Source: Candidatus Heimdallarchaeota archaeon
Lineage (GTDB): Archaea; Asgardarchaeota; Heimdallarchaeia; Heimdallarchaeales; Kariarchaeaceae
NCBI GenBank assembly: GCA_030149205.1
Contig: JASBSB010000003.1
Coordinates: 240,001-272,000, forward strand
DNA length: 32,000 nucleotides
Direction: 5' to 3'
The position numbers and the translations under genes are program-made. Of the stretch, positions 17,628-24,933 are shown piece after piece. The notes beneath the pieces were generated by a model that was not told the origin of the DNA, did no database searches, and was given only the letters and a program-made list of their open reading frames with translations. Within the stretch, counting starts at the first letter, position 1. The number at the start of each line of letters is the position of its first letter.

Positions 17628-17810
17628 ATGAAAGATATAGTATCTGAACCTGAAATTGAGAATGACTTACAACCACTTTCTGTCAAAATGCCGCGTCATA
17701 TTGTTGAAAAGATTGATGAGTTAATCAGAAAAAATGAGTATCCTAATCGTTCAGAAGCAATTAGGATAGCAATTCGAGATAGGTTTAAGCAAATGAATGG
17801 AAAATACTGA
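17628..17810 (+). CDS. Ribbon-helix-helix (CopG/CdrS-like) transcriptional regulator
   Basis: LSVKMP beta ribbon, IVEKIDELI helix, EYPNRSEAIRIAIRD helix. Confidence 0.85.
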   Translation: MKDIVSEPEIENDLQPLSVKMPRHIVEKIDELIRKNEYPNRSEAIRIAIRDRFKQMNGKY

Positions 17811-17813
17811 ATA

Positions 17814-18005
17814 ATGATTGTAATACAATGTCTCAGAAGAGAATGTCAAAGGTTTTTGATGGCACAAGAAGGAACTAAAACTAGGAAATGTCCATACTGT
17901 AGATATACAAACAAAATTGAAAAATGTGAAATTAAAAAATTTTCAAATTATCCAGATGCCTTGGAGTATTTAAGGATTAGAAATCAAAACTTAGTCGATC
18001 AGTGA
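17814..18005 (+). CDS. Small zinc-ribbon protein (DUF1922-like)
   Basis: IQCLRREC...KTRKCPYC, two Cys pairs. Starts 3 nt after the RHH stop. Confidence 0.7.
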   Translation: MIVIQCLRRECQRFLMAQEGTKTRKCPYCRYTNKIEKCEIKKFSNYPDALEYLRIRNQNLVDQ

Positions 18006-18323
18006 CCGCCATAGTTCTGGATTAAATCGAGTGACCATTTTTTGGAACTCACTCTTCCATGCCTCTTCGAGGTCAACATTTGCATGAATACAGAGTTGAA
18101 GAAACAGACTAAAGGATTGAGCAATTTCAGTGGAAAGGTTGTCTCGATCTACTCCTTGATGACCTGCTCCTTTGATTTTATATTTTTCTTCATATAGAAA
18201 ATGCCTTACAACCTCACCCAACTCCTCAATCAAATGAGAAAATACTTGAGTTGCATTAAAATTCTCCCATTTTCTTTCTCTGATGAACTCCTCTTGTTTT
18301 TTCTGAATGGTATGTAAATCCAT
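17991..18323 (-). CDS. MazG-like nucleotide pyrophosphohydrolase
   Basis: HLIEELGEV acidic metal-binding helix, EIAQ (canonical EIAD), ANVDLEEA. 110 aa. Confidence 0.8.
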   Translation of the reverse strand: MDLHTIQKKQEEFIRERKWENFNATQVFSHLIEELGEVVRHFLYEEKYKIKGAGHQGVDRDNLSTEIAQSFSLFLQLCIHANVDLEEAWKSEFQKMVTRFNPELWRSLID

Positions 18324-18344
18324 ACTCTGTAATTTATATCAAAT

Positions 18345-18773
18345 TTATTTATGTTCTTTCTCTACTTCAGCAGAATAAGCTAACATTGGGAACAAACTTC
18401 CAAACATAAACCCAAGTCCAAAAACCTGAGTTTCTAAATTTTGATAAAATAGTGTAATAAACGAAACTAAGATAGTAAATACGACTAAAATCTTAAAAAA
18501 ATATGGAAACACCACATGTAGGTCCCATTCTTTGCGTAGATATGGATAAAGAAGAACCAGACTTCCAAAAAGAACCCCAACTCCAATCCCCAAACCCAAC
18601 CATAAAGTCACTGTAATTATTAGATTTCCTAAGAAAGAATGTGAGAACCTATTTACGGAATACCATCCGAACAACCAGATATATAAAGCTAAGATAAGTA
18701 GTGCCTCTATTAACCAGAACACCTTCAAGAAGTTGTTAAATTCAATCTGTTTCGATTCAATCCATCTAATCAA
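18345..18773 (-). CDS. Hypothetical membrane protein (~4 TM)
   Basis: Four hydrophobic segments. Start overlaps the upstream gene's stop by 8 nt. Confidence 0.65.
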   Translation of the reverse strand: MIRWIESKQIEFNNFLKVFWLIEALLILALYIWLFGWYSVNRFSHSFLGNLIITVTLWLGLGIGVGVLFGSLVLLYPYLRKEWDLHVVFPYFFKILVVFTILVSFITLFYQNLETQVFGLGFMFGSLFPMLAYSAEVEKEHK

Positions 18774-19935
18774 TGTGATTATTTCTCCCTTTGATTAAGT
18801 TACTAAGAAGCAAAAGAATCCAAGAAATAAGTTGGTTAATCCCAAAAATTAACCATATTGATGTTAATATAATCAAGTAAGATTGGAAACTAATAAAATC
18901 TCCACCTTTATAGAAGCTTTCCTGTATTGGTTTAAGACCCGCAAATAGGATACCAACAGTGAAAAAAGGCGTGACAAAAAGGGTTGCGTTTTCGGATATA
19001 GTTAACCAAGACAATGTGTCTCTACTTTTTCCAAGCAATTTAAATTGAACTCCAACCAAAAACAACCATGTGATCAGTGCTGAAAACAATACGATATTTC
19101 CAGGTGACTCAATAAAAATTTGACTCGAATTAAATATTAATATGTCACGCATAATCGATATTGAAGTATGGTCTAAAATATTATTAGGCAAGGGTTTAAC
19201 CCAGAGAAGAAACATTGTGCCAAGAAGTATAAATCCAAGTGTGATTAAAAAATTTCCCAATATTCTAAAGTTACGTGTTTGTGAGTTTGTAAAAGTTCTC
19301 TCCTTTCTGAAATAGATTAGCAATAATACTGAAAACAACCAAGGTATAGCGAGAAAGAGTAAATCAATGAATGGAAACTCATATCCAGATATCTTTAGAG
19401 GTACCTCTTTAAGAGGTCCTCCTATACCTACTTTAAGTCCGTGAGACCAAAATCTACCGACGGTTTGTGGATCTCTAATTATTGTTCCTAACCAAAAGCT
19501 GAAAGCAAAATAAAATGTAATAAAAATGAAAATAAATTTATTCCAAAAGGTCACAGGTTTTAACAACGTGCTTATCCATGAAACTAGAAGAATGACAATC
19601 AACAACGTCAGAAAATAAGGAATCCAGAAAGAGAATTCTACATTCGTGGAGAACTTTCTTAATCCAAGTATATAAGCCAGCGTTACTAACAACGTTGAAG
19701 CTATGTTACCTGTAAATATACTAACAAAGATCACCATACTAAGGGAAAAAGTGATAATGATTATCATGTTGGGGAACAGGCCAAAATTCTCCAATTTGAA
19801 GTAGCTGACATTAAAATAGCTTAATGAAAAAGCTAAAACCATTCCAAGAAGTGTTACAGTTAAATTCCACCTATCAGTGAAGGAAGATAAAATGTCAAAA
19901 AATTCCTTCTTTGAATGTATCTGTGAAGCTGACAT
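18766..19935 (-). CDS. Hypothetical polytopic membrane protein (~10 TM)
   Basis: 389 aa with repeated 20-aa hydrophobic stretches. Confidence 0.7.
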   Translation of the reverse strand: MSASQIHSKKEFFDILSSFTDRWNLTVTLLGMVLAFSLSYFNVSYFKLENFGLFPNMIIIITFSLSMVIFVSIFTGNIASTLLVTLAYILGLRKFSTNVEFSFWIPYFLTLLIVILLVSWISTLLKPVTFWNKFIFIFITFYFAFSFWLGTIIRDPQTVGRFWSHGLKVGIGGPLKEVPLKISGYEFPFIDLLFLAIPWLFSVLLLIYFRKERTFTNSQTRNFRILGNFLITLGFILLGTMFLLWVKPLPNNILDHTSISIMRDILIFNSSQIFIESPGNIVLFSALITWLFLVGVQFKLLGKSRDTLSWLTISENATLFVTPFFTVGILFAGLKPIQESFYKGGDFISFQSYLIILTSIWLIFGINQLISWILLLLSNLIKGRNNHID

Positions 19936-20026
19936 TAGACATAGTTTTGTATTGAATTTATTAACACTTTCTACTTAAATTAAATATTATCCAAATTTTT
20001 ATGTTCTTCTCTTGGTTTAACTTTAT

Positions 20027-21304
20027 TCATTTATTGGTGATTTCTGTGAAGGGTAAATATGGATGTAGGACCTTTGGAATTTTAACGGAACCATCTTTTT
20101 GTTGATTGTTTTCTATTAAAGCAATCATTGCCCGAGTTGTTGCTATGGCAGTTGAGTTTAGGGTATGAACAAAACCTTTTGGGGGAACACCCTCCTGTTC
20201 TCTGTATTTAATATTCATGCGTCTCGCCTGGTAATCTGTACAATTAGAACAAGATACTACCTCTCTGTAACGATTCTGTCCTGGAAACCAAGCCTCTATA
20301 TCATATTTTCTTGCTGCGACTGTACCTATGTCTCCTGTGCAAATATTTACTACACGATAAGGTAACTCCAAACCTTGGAAGATTTTTTCAGCTACACTGA
20401 TTAAGTGTTCTTGTTCATCCCATGAGGTTGAAGGTTCCACAAATTTAAACATTTCAACTTTTTTGAACTCATGGACACGAAATATTCCTTTATCATCTCG
20501 AGTTGTTGAAGAGGCTTCTGTTCTATAGCACGAAGATAATCCAGTGTACCATAAGGGTAGCTCTGGTTCTAATAATGTTTCATTCATATGTAACCCCCCT
20601 AATGTAACTTCACTTGTGCCTGTTAGGTAAAGGTCTTCATTTTCAATTTTATAAATGTCTTCCTCACTTCCTGGGAAGAAGCCTGTTCCATAAAGAACCT
20701 CTCTTCTCACCATACTTGGTGTGGTAAACATTTTGAATCCTTCCTTTGTAATTATTGAGAGGGTATAGTTTAACAAGGCTAACTCTAATAATGTGGCTTC
20801 ATTTTTAAGATAATAAAACCTAGCACCAGAGACCTTCCGGGCTCTATCTAGTTCTACGAGGTCTAAATCATGAAGAAGATCGTGTTGATCTTTTACTGGG
20901 AAACTAAATTTTGGTACCTTTCCCCAAGTTCTCATCTGAACATTATCCCCATCATCCTCTCCATATGGTACTGAGTCGTGAAGAAGATTTGGGATTAAAT
21001 CTAATGTGTGTTGCCTTTTGTTTATAATGTCAGTTAATTGTGTTTCTAAATCAGTTAACTTTAATTTAAGCTTTGCAACCTCTTGGATTTTATTCTTTTG
21101 CTCTTCTCCTTTCATTGTTGAGATCTGTTTAGCAGAGATATTTCTTTCCTTGCGCAGTTCCTCCACCTCTTTACTCAGTTCACGCCATGCCTTATCCAGC
21201 TCTAGGAAAAGATCTACTCTTTTTATTGCCTCTGGGTCTTTTCTCTTTTGTAAATTTGACTTCACTATGTCAGGGTTGTTTCGAATTAGCTTTGGATCTA
21301 ACAT
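20027..21304 (-). CDS. serS: Seryl-tRNA synthetase (standard/bacterial type)
   Basis: MLDPKLIR N-terminus, coiled-coil arm, IPNLLH, LTGTSE, motif 2 CYRTEA...GIFRVHEFKKVE, EVVSCSNCTDYQARR, motif 3 HTLNSTAIATTR. Confidence 0.97.
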   Translation of the reverse strand: MLDPKLIRNNPDIVKSNLQKRKDPEAIKRVDLFLELDKAWRELSKEVEELRKERNISAKQISTMKGEEQKNKIQEVAKLKLKLTDLETQLTDIINKRQHTLDLIPNLLHDSVPYGEDDGDNVQMRTWGKVPKFSFPVKDQHDLLHDLDLVELDRARKVSGARFYYLKNEATLLELALLNYTLSIITKEGFKMFTTPSMVRREVLYGTGFFPGSEEDIYKIENEDLYLTGTSEVTLGGLHMNETLLEPELPLWYTGLSSCYRTEASSTTRDDKGIFRVHEFKKVEMFKFVEPSTSWDEQEHLISVAEKIFQGLELPYRVVNICTGDIGTVAARKYDIEAWFPGQNRYREVVSCSNCTDYQARRMNIKYREQEGVPPKGFVHTLNSTAIATTRAMIALIENNQQKDGSVKIPKVLHPYLPFTEITNK

Positions 21305-21379
21305 CCTTATTTTCGATATACTAAATTGGGTTAAATACTTTGAGATATTCAGGTAGGATATACCTGCATGATTTTTATT

Positions 21380-21775
21380 CTATTGCTCAACTGAGTTGGC
21401 AACAACCAATCCAAGCCCAAAAACCATCATAATAGCACCTAATGCACTTAACCCAATTACAACATCAGTACCAAACTGAGTCCCTACAAGTGCATTTTTG
21501 ACAGTTGCAGGATCAAAAAACATGTAAAAAACTGTCAATCCAATAATTATCATCAGTGATGCTGTTACATAAAAAATGTATTCATTTTTGTACTTGGAGT
21601 AGGTTCTAGCCTTTCGGGTATTCAACGCTCCTAAGGCAAACCCACCAGTGAGTCCAAATAAAGGATATAGCAACAAAATCAACAGTGAATTTGTAAAAAC
21701 CCAGGTTGTATAAATTGTGAGTATTAATCCACCTATCCCCAATATAGTTCCTAATATTGTACCAAATGCACCCAT
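21380..21775 (-). CDS. Hypothetical membrane protein (~4 TM, Gly-rich)
   Basis: 131 aa with four hydrophobic Gly-containing segments. Confidence 0.65.
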   Translation of the reverse strand: MGAFGTILGTILGIGGLILTIYTTWVFTNSLLILLLYPLFGLTGGFALGALNTRKARTYSKYKNEYIFYVTASLMIIIGLTVFYMFFDPATVKNALVGTQFGTDVVIGLSALGAIMMVFGLGLVVANSVEQ

Positions 21776-21858
21776 CTACTATCTAATTTTAATAATGAGT
21801 ATTCAGGTTAAAAAGGGTTATCAATTCAAATAGTATAGAAATAGTTTTCTTCACTATT

Positions 21859-22419
21859 TTATTCTGTTCCGGTCAGATAACTAAGAAACTGTTTAATAGA
21901 TTTAGCTCTATGAGATATTCGATTTTTCTGTTCAATTGTCATTTCAGCATAGGTATGAGTTGAATCTTTTGGTACAAAAATTGGGTCATATCCGAATCCC
22001 CCTGTGCCTCTTGGAGAAAGGGTAATTTCTCCTTCAGTCTTACCCTCAAAAATTTTAATAGTATAATTTTCATCAACATATCCAACAATTGACTTGAAGG
22101 TTGCAGATCGATTTTCAACATCTTTCAACAAATTTAAAATACCTTTGAGTCCAATAGTTTTGAACACATAGGACGAATAAATGGAAGGGAAATTTTCCAA
22201 GTACTGTACTTCAATACCTGAATCTTCAACAAAAAATGGTGGTTCAATTACTGAAATCAATCCTCCAATAGAATTTATTATAACTTCGTTATGGTTTCTC
22301 CCCTGGATCTCAGGGTATTCTCTTTTCATGTGAATAATACTAATGTTATGTGTTTTGAATCCATCCCTGAATTCATTATATTTGTGATCGTTCGAACTAA
22401 CAAAAATAAGTGATTTCAT
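21859..22419 (-). CDS. rdgB: Non-canonical purine NTP pyrophosphatase (RdgB/HAM1, XTP/dITP diphosphatase)
   Basis: SSNDHK, EDSG, FGYDPIF, KNRISHRAK. Confidence 0.95.
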   Translation of the reverse strand: MKSLIFVSSNDHKYNEFRDGFKTHNISIIHMKREYPEIQGRNHNEVIINSIGGLISVIEPPFFVEDSGIEVQYLENFPSIYSSYVFKTIGLKGILNLLKDVENRSATFKSIVGYVDENYTIKIFEGKTEGEITLSPRGTGGFGYDPIFVPKDSTHTYAEMTIEQKNRISHRAKSIKQFLSYLTGTE

Positions 22420-22486
22420 AGGATTGGAGTGATTGCAATCTAATAAAAGTTAGTGAAAAATTACAATATGATTCTTAACTTCTTAT

Positions 22487-22517
22487 GTAATTACTGAAAT
22501 GTTTCCCCAGTAATTAC
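22487..22517. promoter_or_regulatory. Perfect inverted repeat GTAATTACTG-N11-CAGTAATTAC, candidate operator
   Basis: 22487-22496 is the exact reverse complement of 22508-22517. It ends 10 nt before the ATG at 22527, in the divergent rdgB/longin-gene intergenic region. Confidence 0.55.
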
Positions 22518-22526
22518 CACACATAT

Positions 22527-23231
22527 ATGTCACTAATTCTCAGTTTAGATGAGATGTCAAATATTGACGAGTATATTTATGACCTTTTTGTCATAAATGG
22601 TGAAGGTCTCTGCCTTTTCCATAAAAATTTTGGAAAAAGCACCTTCGAAGTGGATGGTGTGATCATCAGTGGATTCCTATCAGCAATTGAAACTTTTTCG
22701 CAAAGCGTCGACAAGGGTATGAGAATGCTGGTAACTAAAAATTTCCGATTTATCTATTATCGTTCTAATTCACTGATATATATCTGTAGAACACCAAAAT
22801 CAGTTGAAAACAACATAGCTTACAACACTTTGAAATTTATTAGTCTGAAGATGAATAAGATCCTTCCACCAGACTATAAATTTGATGGAAATGTGACTCA
22901 TTTTCAAATACTAAGTGACTTTATAGACGAGTATTTTAATTCAAACACAAAGGTTGTAAGTCTAAATTCTGAATTTGAGATTTCTGGAAATCGAAGTTCA
23001 ATACACAATACAACCGAATCAAAAATATATTCCTATCTTCGATTGAGGGGGCGTCAAAACCTCTCCAAAATTGTACAAATATTAAAGCTTGATGAGGATG
23101 AAGCCTTAAAAGCATCAAGAAAGTTATTAGATAAAGGGATAATTAGTATTCATGAATCATTCAGATTCCAAAGTGCTCCACAACAGACACAACTCCAAAA
23201 TATTCATGAACCTTCAAAACATAATTTCTAA
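22527..23231 (+). CDS. Longin-like domain fused to C-terminal winged helix-turn-helix
   Basis: LFVINGEGLCLFH strands, IISGFLSAIETFSQ helix, three strands, helix, DGNVTHF..LSDFI: the Asgard longin-like pattern. Then ESKIYSYLRLRGRQNLSKIVQILKLDEDEALKASRKLLDKGII (wHTH, ~23016-23150). Confidence 0.7.
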   Translation: MSLILSLDEMSNIDEYIYDLFVINGEGLCLFHKNFGKSTFEVDGVIISGFLSAIETFSQSVDKGMRMLVTKNFRFIYYRSNSLIYICRTPKSVENNIAYNTLKFISLKMNKILPPDYKFDGNVTHFQILSDFIDEYFNSNTKVVSLNSEFEISGNRSSIHNTTESKIYSYLRLRGRQNLSKIVQILKLDEDEALKASRKLLDKGIISIHESFRFQSAPQQTQLQNIHEPSKHNF

Positions 23232-23297
23232 TTCTATAATGCATATTTTAACTTCCTATGTCAAAAGATATGTATATTAGTCAGTATTGCATAACAT

Positions 23298-24239
23298 ATG
23301 CAAGAGAAGAAAGTTCTAAAAGAATATGGAGATGTTGAGATCACCTTAGGCTCGACAGAACTTAAACGTGGTTTTGCTCAAATGGTTAAACATGGGGTCG
23401 TGATGGATGTAACAAATCCGACACAGGCGGGTATTGCAGAAGATGCAGGAGCTGTTGCAGTAATGGTTCTTGACAAGCTACCTGCAGACATTAGGGCAAA
23501 AGGTGGTGTTGCAAGAATGGCAACTATTCAAGCAATCAAAGAGACAATGGAGACTGTGAGTATACCCATAATGGCTAAATGTAGGATTGGACATACACAA
23601 GAGGCACTCCTACTTCAAGAGATCGGAGTTGACATGATTGATGAATCAGAAGTCTTAACTCCAGCAAATGAAGCATCCCATGTTTGGAAATGGCCATTTA
23701 CAGTACCATTCGTTAACGGGTGCAGAGACCTTGGAGAAGCACTAAGACGTATTGAAGAGGGAAGTGCCATGATTCGAACAAAAGGTGAAGCAGGAACCGG
23801 AAATGTCGCTGAGGCAATTAGACACATGAGATTGGTCAACAAAGGGATATCTGAACTGTTATCGACAAAAGATGACCCTCAAGAGTTAATGATCAAAGCA
23901 CGAGAAATGAAGGTTTCATACGGGACCGTGCTTCAAGTTATTGATCAGGGAAGGTTGCCGGTAGTCAATTTTGCAGCAGGTGGAATTGCCACACCCGCAG
24001 ATGCCGCCATGATGATGAGGATGAAATGTGATGGTGTATTTGTTGGTTCTGGAATCTACAAGTCACAGGATCCAGAAGTTAGAGCCAGCGCAATAGTATT
24101 GGCAACTACTTATTGGGATAACCCAGAAAAAGTTCTGGAAGCCCAAGCAATGGTCAATGAAAAAAACTCAATGCCAGGAATTGATATCTCAACAATGGAT
24201 GAGGAGGATAAGCTTCAAATACGTGGAGCTAACATTTAG
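23298..24239 (+). CDS. pdxS: Pyridoxal 5'-phosphate synthase lyase subunit
   Basis: [56 protein letters not shown]. Confidence 0.97.
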   Translation: MQEKKVLKEYGDVEITLGSTELKRGFAQMVKHGVVMDVTNPTQAGIAEDAGAVAVMVLDKLPADIRAKGGVARMATIQAIKETMETVSIPIMAKCRIGHTQEALLLQEIGVDMIDESEVLTPANEASHVWKWPFTVPFVNGCRDLGEALRRIEEGSAMIRTKGEAGTGNVAEAIRHMRLVNKGISELLSTKDDPQELMIKAREMKVSYGTVLQVIDQGRLPVVNFAAGGIATPADAAMMMRMKCDGVFVGSGIYKSQDPEVRASAIVLATTYWDNPEKVLEAQAMVNEKNSMPGIDISTMDEEDKLQIRGANI

Positions 24240-24243
24240 ATTT

Positions 24244-24867
24244 ATGATAAATATTGGGATCTTAGGGTTACAAGGAGCAATTGAAGAACATAGAAAGGCC
24301 TTGAATAATGCACAATTAGGATTACCATTTGAAATCAATTTAGTCTCTGTGCAGCAGATTTCTGATACAAAAAATCTTTCAGGCATTGTATTTCCAGGTG
24401 GTGAAAGCACAGCCATGATAAAACAGGGCGAAGCTTCAGGGTTATTCAATAGATTAAGAGAATTAATTAATGATGGATTACCCGCCTTTGGTACGTGTGC
24501 AGGATTAATCTTACTATCAAAGAGAGTTAAACGAACAGAAGGCTCAGAAGAGACAAAAGGTATATTCTCTGTTTTAGATGTGTTAACCCTCCGAAATGGA
24601 TATGGAAGACAAAAAGATTCTTTTACTACGAAATTAGTTATCCCTGATCTGGGTAATAAGGAAATTGAAGGAGTGTTCATCAGAGCACCCGTAATTTCAG
24701 AGATAGGAAATAATGTAAAGGTTTTGTCCAAAACCAGGGGAAACCCTGTGTTTGTTCAACAAGGAAATATAATTGCCACAACTTTTCACCCAGAACTTTC
24801 AGGGTCACCAGAGATACATGTGTACTTTTTAACTCTAGCACAGATATATAACGATTCTAGTAAGTAG
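24244..24867 (+). CDS. pdxT: Pyridoxal 5'-phosphate synthase glutaminase subunit
   Basis: LGLQGA, PGGEST, GTCAG (Cys), RNGYGRQ, FIRAP, FHPEL (His-Glu). True start is ATG 24244, 4 nt after pdxS; the ORF track extends to 24157. Confidence 0.96.
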   Translation: MINIGILGLQGAIEEHRKALNNAQLGLPFEINLVSVQQISDTKNLSGIVFPGGESTAMIKQGEASGLFNRLRELINDGLPAFGTCAGLILLSKRVKRTEGSEETKGIFSVLDVLTLRNGYGRQKDSFTTKLVIPDLGNKEIEGVFIRAPVISEIGNNVKVLSKTRGNPVFVQQGNIIATTFHPELSGSPEIHVYFLTLAQIYNDSSK

Positions 24868-24933
24868 TCATTCATAAGGTTTTATTAATGAAAGAAGCCC
24901 TTTTAATTTAGAAGAAAACAATCGGAGAGCTCT

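Noticed and set aside
15853-18015. Possible integrated element at tRNA-Thr (GCCATAGT also occurs near 18008)
   Set aside because: Only an 8-nt match, and it matches the tRNA 5' end; no integrase; the intervening genes include ribosomal protein eS1.
20027-21304. SerRS motif 2 deviations (EASSTTRDD, HEF)
   Set aside because: Within the variability I would expect for this loop; all core motifs are intact.
24157-24243. N-terminal extension of pdxT overlapping pdxS
   Set aside because: The family N-terminus (INIGILGLQG) begins at ATG 24244, just after the pdxS stop.
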